Made by a program: the position numbers and the translations under genes
Assembly: GCA_964421745.1 (NCBI GenBank)
Contig: CAYQYL010000002.1
Location: 1 to 57,841, forward strand
DNA from: an uncultured Muribaculum sp.
GTDB taxonomy: Bacteria; Bacteroidota; Bacteroidia; Bacteroidales; Muribaculaceae
Direction: 5' to 3'
DNA: 57,841 bases
The notes under the pieces: generated by a model
Databases searched by the model: none
What the model was told of the DNA's origin: nothing
What the model saw: the letters and a program-made list of their open reading frames with translations, nothing else
In this document: positions 1 through 9,157 of the stretch, one piece after another
Layout of the letters: every line of letters starts with the position of its first letter
Numbering within the stretch: the stretch's first letter is position 1

Positions 1-1323
1 TACTGTGTCGACAACGCCACTGTAGGTGAACACCTTCATCTCCTGCGGGGTGTTGAACGCCACCTTGATCTCCTCCTCCGATGCCCCGGCACGACGCATT
101 GAGGTGTAGCGGTCGGTCTGTTTCATCGCCTTGTCGATGAGCGATTCCAGTTGCGACGATGGCAATTCCTCGCGGTTGGTTGTGTAAGGAGCGCCCTTGA
201 CACCCTTCTTTTCGCGGAAGAAACTTGGTTGCAATGTCTGTCCGAGATGCTCGACAACGGCTTCTTCGGCGTAGCGCTGCATACGCGAATCAATGGTGGT
301 GTAAATCTTCAGGCCATCGGTGTATATGTCATAGTGTGATCCGTCGGCTTTAGGGTTCTTTTCAATCCAACCGTAGAGCGGATTGGTTTCCCATGCTATG
401 GAGTCGTCGACAAACTTTTGCCGTTCCCAACCGCGATAGTCCGATTTTACAGGCCGTTTAGCGCGAAGAATGCGTCGAAGCTCCTCGCGAAAGTATGGTG
501 CCAGACCCTCTTTGTGGTCAACCTTATGGAAATCCAGCTTCAACGGAAGCTGCGACAGAGAATCAAGCTCCTGTTTTGAGATGAAATCATGCTTATACAT
601 CTGCTCCAGCACCGTGTTACGGCGGTCGCGAGTACGTTCGGGTTTGCGTACTGGGTTGTAGTAGGACGGATTCTTCACCATTCCGACCAGCATCGCTGCC
701 TCCTCGATAGTAAGATCTTTAGCATCTTTGCCGAAATAGACATGCGCGGCCGATTTTATGCCGACAGCATTGTAGAGGAAGTCGAACTGGTTGAGATACA
801 TCTTCAAAATCTCCTCCTTCGAGTAGAAGCGTTCGAGTTTGACCGCAATCATCCATTCAATGGGTTTCTGAAGGGCACGCTCCCATATTCCGTCGCTTTG
901 AGGCGAATAGAGCTGTTTGGCAAGCTGCTGAGTGAGGGTTGAACCGCCGCCGGCATTCTTCTGCTGCATAATTAGCGTTTTCAACGCCACACGCCCCAGC
1001 GCGATAACGTCGATGCCGGAGTGATCTTCGAAACGGGCATCCTCGGTTGCGATGAGCGCGTCGATCATGTGTTGCGAAATGTCGTCGTAGTCGGCATAGA
1101 CACGATTGCCCGTACCGCTGAAAAAGCGGCCGAGTTCCTGGCCATCGGCCGAATACACAACTGATGCAAATTTGTCCTTCGGATTCTTAAGTTCCTCAAT
1201 GTCGGGCATATATCCGATAACGCCATTGTAGACAAGGAACAGGAACAAAAATGTAAAGCCAACAATGGATACCAACGATATCCACATGGCTGCTATTATC
1301 TTTTTTCTTAATTCAGGTTTCAT
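1..1323 (-). CDS. mrcA: Penicillin-binding protein 1A (GT51 transglycosylase + transpeptidase), 3' end runs off window
   Basis: Manual translation from ATG at 1323: MKPELRKKIIAAMW, a TM helix, then GT51 motifs ATEDARFEDHSGID and GGSTLTQQLAKQL. Absent from the ORF track because it has no stop in the window. Confidence 0.9.
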   Translation of the reverse strand, partial: MKPELRKKIIAAMWISLVSIVGFTFLFLFLVYNGVIGYMPDIEELKNPKDKFASVVYSADGQELGRFFSGTGNRVYADYDDISQHMIDALIATEDARFEDHSGIDVIALGRVALKTLIMQQKNAGGGSTLTQQLAKQLYSPQSDGIWERALQKPIEWMIAVKLERFYSKEEILKMYLNQFDFLYNAVGIKSAAHVYFGKDAKDLTIEEAAMLVGMVKNPSYYNPVRKPERTRDRRNTVLEQMYKHDFISKQELDSLSQLPLKLDFHKVDHKEGLAPYFREELRRILRAKRPVKSDYRGWERQKFVDDSIAWETNPLYGWIEKNPKADGSHYDIYTDGLKIYTTIDSRMQRYAEEAVVEHLGQTLQPSFFREKKGVKGAPYTTNREELPSSQLESLIDKAMKQTDRYTSMRRAGASEEEIKVAFNTPQEMKVFTYSGVVDTV

Positions 1324-1426
1324 TATTCAAAATAATCGGGGCATTGTTACCCATCAAAACACAAAGATAAGGAATTTTGGTAATTCTATATCTTTGTGTT
1401 TTATTAAATTTTGATAATTAAACTTC

Positions 1427-2263
1427 TCAATTCTGTGTTTTTCTGTTGTTTGTCTTCACCAGTCGGCTCACAACCCACCATAAAGCCAATGCAGTCACTG
1501 CTGTAGGAATCGTGGAAGCATAGATGCTGTAGGCGGCATACATCGGCACCATAAGTCCTACAGATATCACCCCGACCATCGCCGCCGACACCCATACTGA
1601 ACCCGTCTTGCGCACAACGGCGAGCAAGAGGTAGCTCAACGCTATGTTTTTAATCAACACCAACAATCCAGCGGCCAACGACTGAGCAAACACAAGATTG
1701 GGCATTTCCCAGAGAGTCCACAACGCGCCGATAGCAATCGGGAGCATATACCGGCCATACGACATATACTTTGGCAGGAATCCGCGCCAGGCAATCTCAG
1801 AAAAAATCACTACAATCGACGAGATTGTTCCTGTAATAAATGAAATCAAAATATTGGCAGCTACGGCAGTCAGAAAACCGGCGGCCGAAGATGCGTTGTA
1901 GCTGAACAATCCGTAGACATCTACACTTCCGGAAAGCAGCTGTCCGAAAGCCGTGAAGCCTAAAACATTGCCGACAACAAAAACCGTAAATACCGGCACC
2001 AGCGTGAACCACACCGACGCACTCGCTACTATGGCAACGGCATTTTTCCAGTTGACAGACTTAAACGACAGGTATTCAGAGCATAATTGCTTCAGCCCCT
2101 CGCCTTCTGCCAACCACACAAGAAAGGCCGGCGCGAAAATTGCAACCACAATTATCAATGTGCGCCATAAACTGAAGGACGCCGTTTCGACCGACATTAG
2201 GCTTATCGCAGTAAGCGCCACAACAACAGTGCAGTAATAAACAAAGAAATTTTTCAGTTTCAT
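1427..2263 (-). CDS. CPBP (CAAX protease/Abi)-like integral membrane protein, catalytic motifs degenerate
   Basis: Multi-TM protein. FSEIAWRGFL resembles EExxxRG, and GALWTLWEMP and KTGSVW resemble later CPBP motifs. Likely start MKLKNFF at 2263. Confidence 0.65.
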   Translation of the reverse strand: MKLKNFFVYYCTVVVALTAISLMSVETASFSLWRTLIIVVAIFAPAFLVWLAEGEGLKQLCSEYLSFKSVNWKNAVAIVASASVWFTLVPVFTVFVVGNVLGFTAFGQLLSGSVDVYGLFSYNASSAAGFLTAVAANILISFITGTISSIVVIFSEIAWRGFLPKYMSYGRYMLPIAIGALWTLWEMPNLVFAQSLAAGLLVLIKNIALSYLLLAVVRKTGSVWVSAAMVGVISVGLMVPMYAAYSIYASTIPTAVTALALWWVVSRLVKTNNRKTQN

Positions 2264-2314
2264 TTCGGATGGATTTGGATTGTACTGCAAAATTACGCAA
2301 AATTTATTAGCGCC

Positions 2315-2374
2315 TTTAACTCTTCAAATTTTCTTAGCTCTATCTATCCACGCTCGTTTGATCTATTAGAAACA
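2315..2374. repeat. Dispersed ~60-bp intergenic repeat, copy 1
   Basis: Ungapped alignment to 8158-8217: 45/60 identical by manual count, first 23 bp 22/23. Confidence 0.7.
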
Positions 2375-2727
2375 CATAATTCTTGTATCCTATTCACGTT
2401 AATATTTCTATTTCAAACAGGTAAACCGCAATCCTCTATATGCTAACGTTGCCGCTGCATATCAGGGTGCGTCATAATAGATTTACTCTGATCGTAGTGG
2501 AATTTGAAAAAATATCCTAAAAAACGGGAAGATGCGGCGGAAGTGACAAAAATTTGTGTAAATTTGCAAATGGTAATCGTTATTATAAATCATTGTAAAT
2601 CTTGCAATTATTGCAGTTAATTACGTTTACAATTTTACACTTTGTTTTGTCCGGCTACGTGTTGCCTTCGTAACCGGCTGATTGTTTTAAGTTTACATTG
2701 CAAACCGTCTTACATTAATTAATTGTC

Positions 2728-5370
2728 ATGAAGAAATTATTGTGTCTTTTCACCGCCTTTCTGACGGCGATGACTGTGTTTTGTCAAATTGAATTAACCT
2801 CGCGCGCAGGCCACGGTGGTGGCTACGAATGGAAAATGATGAAATGCAGCGAAGTTCCGGCCGGTGGCGAACAGATTTCACTTCCAGGATTCCAAACCGG
2901 CCAGTGGCTCGACGCAATTGTGCCCGGCACTGTTTTAACATCGCTCGTTAACGACGGCATCTATCCCGACCCTCATTTCGGGGTTAACAACAAACTGAGC
3001 GAAAACAAAATTCCCGACATCTCTAAAGTAGGACGCGATTTCTACACCTACTGGTGGCGCACCGAATTCGACATACCTGAACAAATGAAGGGCAAGACAA
3101 TATGGCTTGAACCTAAGGGTATAAACTACCGCGCCGAAATTTGGGTGAACGGCATGTTGGTGCAGACAATGAACGGTATGTTCAAAGACGATTGCATCGA
3201 CATTACCGACCGTGTGAAACAGGATTCAAAAAATGCACTGGCCATAAAGGTTATGCCTGTCGACGTTCCGGGAACCGTGAAACCAAAAGACTGGGGCGCG
3301 AAAGGGGAGTATCACAATGGTGGTGACGGTAACATCGGAGCCAACACAACACAGTTGATGACTGTCGGCTGGGATTTCACATACGAAGACGGTGTGCGCG
3401 ACCGTAACACAGGCATCTGGCGCCCCGTCGTGCTACGTGCCACAGGTCCAATGGCGCTCAGAAATCCGTTTGTGAAGAGCGATATCAACGCGCCGTTCAA
3501 TGTTGCCAAGGCAACAGTCAGCGTGGAGGTTTACAACCCTAAACACCACAGTCAGCGCGCCTACAAGGTGAAAGGCCGCATCACACCCGGCGACATCACA
3601 TTTGAAAAAGATATTACACTTGACCGCGGAACGCACAGCGAAGTGGTGTTCTCGCCCGATGAGTTTCCACAGTTAGTGATTAACAACCCGGCTCTCTGGT
3701 GGCCCAAAAACAAAGGGGAACAGAACCTGTACACACTTAAGTTTGAGTTGACAGACAAAGATGGCAATGTGGCCGACTCGCTGTCGACTGCATTCGGTAT
3801 TCGCCACGTTGAAGCTGTGCGCGACACCCCCGACAAGAGCAAACTTTTTGTTATTAACGGTGTGCCGATGTTTATTCGCGGCACAAACTGGATTCCCGAC
3901 GCAATGCTGCGCACCAACGATGAGCGCATGGAAGCCGAGTTGGCCTACACCGACCAGACCGGGGTGAACCTGCTCCGCCTATGGGGCGGCGGCATAGCAG
4001 AAACCGATAAGTTCTATGAGCTCTGTGACAAATACGGTATTCTTGTGTGGCAGGAATTCTGGCTCACCGGCGATACCCGTCACCCGCAGGACGAATCGGT
4101 TTATCTGGCAAACCTCGAATCGACAATCAAACGCATTCGTAACCACCCCAGCATTATCTTCTATGTTTCCAGCAACGAGAGCACGGAAGTGTCGGGCGCC
4201 AGAGAGCTAATGACACGCCTCGACGGAACACGCCCCTACCAGATGCAGAGCGAATGCGACGGTGTGCACGACGGGTCGCCCTACAAACAGGTTAACCCAA
4301 TGCAGCACTACACCAACACGGCATCGGATCGCGGTTCGCGTGTCGACGGTTTCAACCCCGAATATGGTGCGCCGACTCTACCTTTAGTTGAAAGTCTTCG
4401 CCGGATGATGCCCGAAGAAGATCTGTGGCCAATCAACACAGCTACTTGGAACTACCTCGACGGCAACGGGTTCCACCTGATGACAAAGCTCTATAATGAT
4501 ATGACTCTACAATATGGCGACTGCGACAACATAGAGCAATATGCCCGCCAGGGACAACTCGTAGGCGCAATGAACTCGAAAAGCATCTGGGAAGTCTGGA
4601 ACCGCAATAAGCTCAACTATGGCGACCGGTTCTGTTCGGGACTCCTTTTCTGGTACCACAACAATCCCAACCCACAGGTATGTGCCCGCCAGTGGGACTA
4701 TTATCTTGAACCTACGGCGTCGCTCTACCACACAGCCAACGCTCTTGAACCGTTGCACATACAGTATGATTACCTGACCAACACAGTCAGTGTTGTCAAC
4801 GACCTCCTCAATCCGGCAGAGAATCTGACCGCTACAGCCACCCTGTATGATCTCAACAGCAAGGTTGTGGGTCGACAGTCTACAAAAACCGATGTTCCGG
4901 CCGACGGAGTCGCAGAAGACATTATCACCGTCAACATACCTGACAACATCACCCCCGTTCATTTCATAGCTCTCTCGCTCACCGACAGCAAAGGAAAGGA
5001 ACTGAGCAAGAATTTCTACTGGCGCTCAAACAGCAAATTCGAGGGTCCGTGGACTTTGACCGGTCCCACAACAGCCGGTTTCCAGGCTCTGCGCGATATG
5101 GCACCGGCAAAAGTGAAGTCGTCGCTCAAGAAGAACGGCAACGGAGAATTCACAGTTACACTCTCCAATCCGGGCAAACAAATTGCATTCTTCCTCCAGC
5201 TTCAGTTGCGCGACAAAGCCGGCAACCCCATTAACCGCACACACTACAACGACAACTTTTTCACCCTCCTGCCAGGCGAAAAACGCAGCATCACAATCAA
5301 AGCACCTGACGGCACCGATGCCGACAGCATTCGCCTCGAAGGCTGGAACGTGAAAGCTACGACACTCTGA
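2728..5370 (+). CDS. GH2 glycoside hydrolase, beta-mannosidase / endo-beta-mannosidase-CsxA-like subgroup, secreted
   Basis: Signal peptide, GWDF, RGTNW, RLWGGG, WQEFWLTGD, acid/base SSNES, nucleophile FNPEYG, C-terminal Ig domain (DNFFTLLPGE). Confidence 0.85.
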   Translation: MKKLLCLFTAFLTAMTVFCQIELTSRAGHGGGYEWKMMKCSEVPAGGEQISLPGFQTGQWLDAIVPGTVLTSLVNDGIYPDPHFGVNNKLSENKIPDISKVGRDFYTYWWRTEFDIPEQMKGKTIWLEPKGINYRAEIWVNGMLVQTMNGMFKDDCIDITDRVKQDSKNALAIKVMPVDVPGTVKPKDWGAKGEYHNGGDGNIGANTTQLMTVGWDFTYEDGVRDRNTGIWRPVVLRATGPMALRNPFVKSDINAPFNVAKATVSVEVYNPKHHSQRAYKVKGRITPGDITFEKDITLDRGTHSEVVFSPDEFPQLVINNPALWWPKNKGEQNLYTLKFELTDKDGNVADSLSTAFGIRHVEAVRDTPDKSKLFVINGVPMFIRGTNWIPDAMLRTNDERMEAELAYTDQTGVNLLRLWGGGIAETDKFYELCDKYGILVWQEFWLTGDTRHPQDESVYLANLESTIKRIRNHPSIIFYVSSNESTEVSGARELMTRLDGTRPYQMQSECDGVHDGSPYKQVNPMQHYTNTASDRGSRVDGFNPEYGAPTLPLVESLRRMMPEEDLWPINTATWNYLDGNGFHLMTKLYNDMTLQYGDCDNIEQYARQGQLVGAMNSKSIWEVWNRNKLNYGDRFCSGLLFWYHNNPNPQVCARQWDYYLEPTASLYHTANALEPLHIQYDYLTNTVSVVNDLLNPAENLTATATLYDLNSKVVGRQSTKTDVPADGVAEDIITVNIPDNITPVHFIALSLTDSKGKELSKNFYWRSNSKFEGPWTLTGPTTAGFQALRDMAPAKVKSSLKKNGNGEFTVTLSNPGKQIAFFLQLQLRDKAGNPINRTHYNDNFFTLLPGEKRSITIKAPDGTDADSIRLEGWNVKATTL

Positions 5371-5393
5371 CAAAATCTTCACATTGTAATAAT

Positions 5394-6428
5394 ATGGCAC
5401 TGATAATTCCACCGAAATACAAACTGAAGCTACTACCGGAAACAACCGAGATAGCAATCAAACAGATAAAGGAGGCTTTCCAAACCGAATTGGCTTCGGC
5501 GCTGAACCTGCGTCGCGTAACAGCACCGCTGTTCGTGCTGTCGGGCACGGGGTTGAACGACGACCTGAACGGTGTGGAGCATGCCGTTGCGTTCGACATC
5601 GATGCAATGGGCGGCGCAAGAGCCGAAGTTGTGCACTCGCTTGCTAAATGGAAACGCGCCAAATTAGCAGCCTACGACATTGCTCCCGGCTATGGGCTAT
5701 ACACCGACATGAATGCCATACGCACCTTCGAGGATCTGGACAATATGCACTCGCTCTATGTCGACCAGTGGGACTGGGAAAAGACTATAACCAAACAACA
5801 GCGCAACATCGATTTTCTGAAACAGACGGTTCGCGACATCTATGCAGCTATCCGGAAAGTGGAGGCGCAAATCTATCACTCGTTTCCACATATCACGCCT
5901 GTATTGCCGGAAGAAATCACATTCATACATTCGCAGGAGCTTCTCGACCAGTATCCCGACCTTACGCCGGCCGAACGCGAACGCGAAGCAGCGCGCCGTT
6001 ACGGAGCAATCTTTGTTATCGGCATCGGTGCCAATCTGTCGGACGGCAAACCCCACGACCGCCGTGCACCTGACTATGATGACTGGAGCTCGCCCAACGA
6101 CGAAGGTTTCACCGGGCTAAACGGCGACCTGATTGTTTGGGATACAGTGCTCGACGCTCCAATGGAATTGTCGTCGATGGGTCTTCGTGTCGACCCCGAA
6201 GCAATGAACCGCCAGCTACAACTGTGCGGATGCGAAGACCGCCGTGAACTGAATTTTCACCGTATGTTGCTTAACGGAGAGCTGCCGCTGTCGATTGGAG
6301 GCGGTATTGGCCAAAGCCGCCTGTGTATGTTTCTTTTACAGAAGGCACACATCGGCGAAGTTCAGGCCTCGATATGGCCCGACAAACAAATCAGCGAGTG
6401 TGCCGCAGCGGGTATCACCCTGCTTTAA
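5394..6428 (+). CDS. asnA: Aspartate--ammonia ligase
   Basis: VHSLAKWKR, HSLYVDQWDWE, RAPDYDDW, IGGGIGQSR motifs. Confidence 0.97.
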   Translation: MALIIPPKYKLKLLPETTEIAIKQIKEAFQTELASALNLRRVTAPLFVLSGTGLNDDLNGVEHAVAFDIDAMGGARAEVVHSLAKWKRAKLAAYDIAPGYGLYTDMNAIRTFEDLDNMHSLYVDQWDWEKTITKQQRNIDFLKQTVRDIYAAIRKVEAQIYHSFPHITPVLPEEITFIHSQELLDQYPDLTPAEREREAARRYGAIFVIGIGANLSDGKPHDRRAPDYDDWSSPNDEGFTGLNGDLIVWDTVLDAPMELSSMGLRVDPEAMNRQLQLCGCEDRRELNFHRMLLNGELPLSIGGGIGQSRLCMFLLQKAHIGEVQASIWPDKQISECAAAGITLL

Positions 6429-6646
6429 CATTAACGTCACAAACAATAAACAAACCTTTTCAGCGTGTTGCCGACAGCATCGCCCTGAAAAGGTTTAATT
6501 TTATCCCAATAATTTAGTAGAATTTATCATTCTGCCATTCAAAGAGTTAAAACAGAGTTAAATACCTGAATGCTGTTAAACGGACGGTTGTTATTCCTAT
6601 CAAAGAAGCAAAACAAACAGGAAATAACAATTAAAAACATTAGATC

Positions 6647-7189
6647 ATGAAAAAGAAAATTTTAGGATTAGCCCTAATGGCAATGTCACTGGTAGCATTC
6701 AACGGAATGGCTCAAAGCAACTCATCGGACAACAATTCTGTTAAGCAGGAGAACGTCAGAGGCAAGAAAGCCGACAAACAGGCTCGACCCGGTAAAGCAG
6801 TCAATCCGTTTGAAGGCCTGAACCTCAGCGATGCCCAGAAATCGCAGCTTCAGCAGCTCGACGCTAAACATAAAGCACAGCGCATGCAACAGATGCAGGC
6901 TCGCAAAGAGAACAAACAGCGTAACGACTCCGCTAAGATTGCCGACCGTCGTGCAGCCAAGAAATCATACCTGGAAGAGGTGAAAGCAATCATCGGCCCC
7001 GACCAGTATGTAGTGTTCCTTGAAAACATGTATATCAACGGTGGCGTGAACGCCCATAGCAAAGCAATAAAACAAGGTAAGGAAAAAGGCAAACCTGGAA
7101 TGGCAGCCAACCGCCGGTCGAAAGACAACAGCGGTAAAGACCGCCGTCAGGGAATGAATGGCAGCAAAGCACGTGAAAGCCGCTCATAA
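6647..7189 (+). CDS. Secreted Spy/CpxP-like helical protein (DUF4890-like)
   Basis: Signal peptide, FEGLNLSDAQKSQLQQL (LTxxQ-like), K/Q/R-rich helix, IIGPDQY. Confidence 0.6.
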   Translation: MKKKILGLALMAMSLVAFNGMAQSNSSDNNSVKQENVRGKKADKQARPGKAVNPFEGLNLSDAQKSQLQQLDAKHKAQRMQQMQARKENKQRNDSAKIADRRAAKKSYLEEVKAIIGPDQYVVFLENMYINGGVNAHSKAIKQGKEKGKPGMAANRRSKDNSGKDRRQGMNGSKARESRS

Positions 7190-7225
7190 TTTAGAACAAA
7201 TCAAGTCTTTTCATAATAAATACTT

Positions 7226-7264
7226 CGGGTGTGGCATTAAAAAAGATGCCGCACCCGTTTTTTT
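7226..7264 (+). terminator. Intrinsic terminator
   Basis: cgggtgtggcat/atgccgcacccg stem followed by 7 T. Confidence 0.85.
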
Positions 7265-7345
7265 ATCGGCTTACCAACTGAACTTTTCTGGTCGCCGTTG
7301 CGTTTAAAAAGAAATTACTTACGCTACTAAATAAAACTATTTATT

Positions 7346-7888
7346 ATGAAAGATTTAAAAGGAACTAAAACTGAGGAATGTCTGAAGAAAGCGTTTGCAG
7401 GCGAATCACAAGCTTGTGTTAAATATTCATTCTACGCAAAAAAGGCACAGAAGGACGGTTATCAGCAGATTGGCGCTATCTTCGACGAAACCTCGAAGAA
7501 CGAACATACACATGCCAAACTGTGGTTTAAACTTCTTCACGGAGGCGACGTGCCTGCAACACCTGAAAATCTTGTAGACGCAGCTGCCGGCGAAGAATAT
7601 GAATATGAAGATATGTACAAAGAGTTTGCTGCAATTGCCAGAGAAGAAGGATTCAACGACATTGCACGCACATTTGAAATGGTAGGCGAAATTGAACGCA
7701 CACACATGGAACGCTACCGCAAACTGCTCAAGAACATCGAAGAAGGTATCGTGTTCTCACGCGACGGCGACCGTTTGTGGATGTGTCGTGAATGCGGACA
7801 TATCCATGTTGGCAAATCAGCACCTCAGGTATGCCCGGTTTGCAAACATCCCCAGGCATTCTTCGAGCTTCGCCCCGACAACTATTAA
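7346..7888 (+). CDS. rbr: Rubrerythrin
   Basis: AFAGESQA, ExxH diiron motifs (EHTH, ERTH), C-terminal rubredoxin CRECG...CPVC. Confidence 0.95.
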   Translation: MKDLKGTKTEECLKKAFAGESQACVKYSFYAKKAQKDGYQQIGAIFDETSKNEHTHAKLWFKLLHGGDVPATPENLVDAAAGEEYEYEDMYKEFAAIAREEGFNDIARTFEMVGEIERTHMERYRKLLKNIEEGIVFSRDGDRLWMCRECGHIHVGKSAPQVCPVCKHPQAFFELRPDNY

Positions 7889-7912
7889 TAACTGTCAATC
7901 GAAAAAACAACT

Positions 7913-7951
7913 CCGCCGCACCGGGAAAACACCCCGATGCGGCGGTTCTTT
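7913..7951 (+). terminator. Intrinsic terminator
   Basis: ccgccgcaccggg/cccgatgcggcgg stem followed by ttcttt. Confidence 0.75.
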
Positions 7952-8014
7952 GTATTAGTGCACCATGTCCTGGTACTACTGTTAAATCGAGAAAATGTTA
8001 CTTCCAATCTACAA

Positions 8015-8125
8015 TGTGGCACCTCTACGAGGCGCATTCACCCTCCACTGGTTAACAGGGGCTGCGCACAACTACGTAGCGCTTACCCCTGCCTACTATT
8101 CTGACGGCAGCTGCGCAGCCTCCGC
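8015..8125. repeat. REP-like multi-hairpin element
   Basis: gcacctc-tac-gaggcgc hairpin, cagggg...cccctg stem, gcagctgc palindrome. Confidence 0.45.
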
Positions 8126-8157
8126 CTTGCGCACACATTTTAACCTGTCGTCTTGCG

Positions 8158-8217
8158 TTTAACTCTTCAAATCTTCTTAGTATTATCACTACATGCCCGT
8201 CTAATCCGACAGAAACA
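8158..8217. repeat. Dispersed ~60-bp intergenic repeat, copy 2
   Basis: Matches 2315-2374 without gaps. Confidence 0.7.
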
Positions 8218-8296
8218 GTTAGCCTCCAATCTACCCACCGTTAAAACCATACAAATCTGAGTATTAGATCAATTTACCTTATGCTAATAAGCAAAG

Positions 8297-8395
8297 TTTT
8301 GATATTTTCCAAGGTAATAATTTGTTGTTTTGCGACATTTTCCAAGGAAAAAAATTCGCGATTTTTGACATTTTCCAAGGTAATAATTCAAACAA
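8297..8395. repeat. Three tandem units with exact 33-bp period, core GAYATTTTCCAAGG
   Basis: Cores start at 8301, 8334 and 8367. Confidence 0.9.
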
Positions 8396-8427
8396 GCGGC
8401 AAGATAAAGGAATCGACACGAGTGAGA

Positions 8428-9156
8428 TTAAAGAGCAAGCGTGCGAAGGATGTCGAGCGACTGCAAGCGCGACATTGGCGCATAGTGAAGAGAATAATAC
8501 TGGAGTGTCAGATCGAGAGCACGTGCGCGTTGCTGTCGTGTGAAAGCGAATAGATGACTGTTGGTTAGTGTGATACGTTGTAGTGCCTGAACAGCGGCAG
8601 CTTCGTCAGGTTCGAGCCAGTGGCGGTGGGCTGTCGGGGGTGTATCCAGGAATCGACCTCCGGCCATGTCGAAAATACGGCCGGGGCGATATGATGCAGT
8701 GTCGGGCGATATGCCAAGAAAATGTCCCATACCGGTTAGCAATGCGAGATGAAAATTTGCCACACTGTCGGGAGTAGCGTCAAGAAAAGTAACTGCATCG
8801 GCCAGAAATCGCCACAACCCTTTGTCGGCATCACCCTCAGGAAGAATATGCCATAACAACTCGGCAGTGAACATAGCTATCGACATACGGCGCGGATCGG
8901 AGTGGAGCATCGGCAATGGCAATGACTGACGGAGGTCACGTATGGGATTCAGTTCGCGACCGGGACGTTGCAAAACAACACATTCTATTAAACTCAGCGG
9001 CATAGTGAGTGCACGTCGCCGACGGGTTGCAGCCGAGGAACCGGCACTGACTACAACCGACATGCGGCCGCACTCGGCTGTGTAGACCGACAGGATATCG
9101 TTGCGCTCGTTGTGGCGCACCGTGCGCAGAACTATTCCATGGACGTGTGTAGGCAT
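8428..9156 (-). CDS. recO: DNA repair protein RecO
   Basis: N-terminal OB fold (GIVLRTVRHNERNDILSVYTAECGR), Bacteroidetes RecO C-terminus (YYSLHY...LQSLDILR). Likely start MPTHV at 9156. Confidence 0.88.
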   Translation of the reverse strand: MPTHVHGIVLRTVRHNERNDILSVYTAECGRMSVVVSAGSSAATRRRRALTMPLSLIECVVLQRPGRELNPIRDLRQSLPLPMLHSDPRRMSIAMFTAELLWHILPEGDADKGLWRFLADAVTFLDATPDSVANFHLALLTGMGHFLGISPDTASYRPGRIFDMAGGRFLDTPPTAHRHWLEPDEAAAVQALQRITLTNSHLFAFTRQQRARALDLTLQYYSLHYAPMSRLQSLDILRTLAL

Positions 9157-9157
9157 A

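Noticed and set aside
2560-2710. LacI-type operators upstream of the orphan GH2
   Set aside because: Several TGTAA/TTACA half-sites but no clean palindrome; not distinguishable from AT-rich background by eye.
8297-8395. Possible mini-CRISPR array
   Set aside because: Only three units, linkers of about 11 bp are too short for spacers, and there are no cas genes in the window.
8281-8553. 90-aa ORF with 11-aa repeats
   Set aside because: A by-product of the 33-bp DNA repeat; it overlaps recO antisense and has no recognisable protein features.
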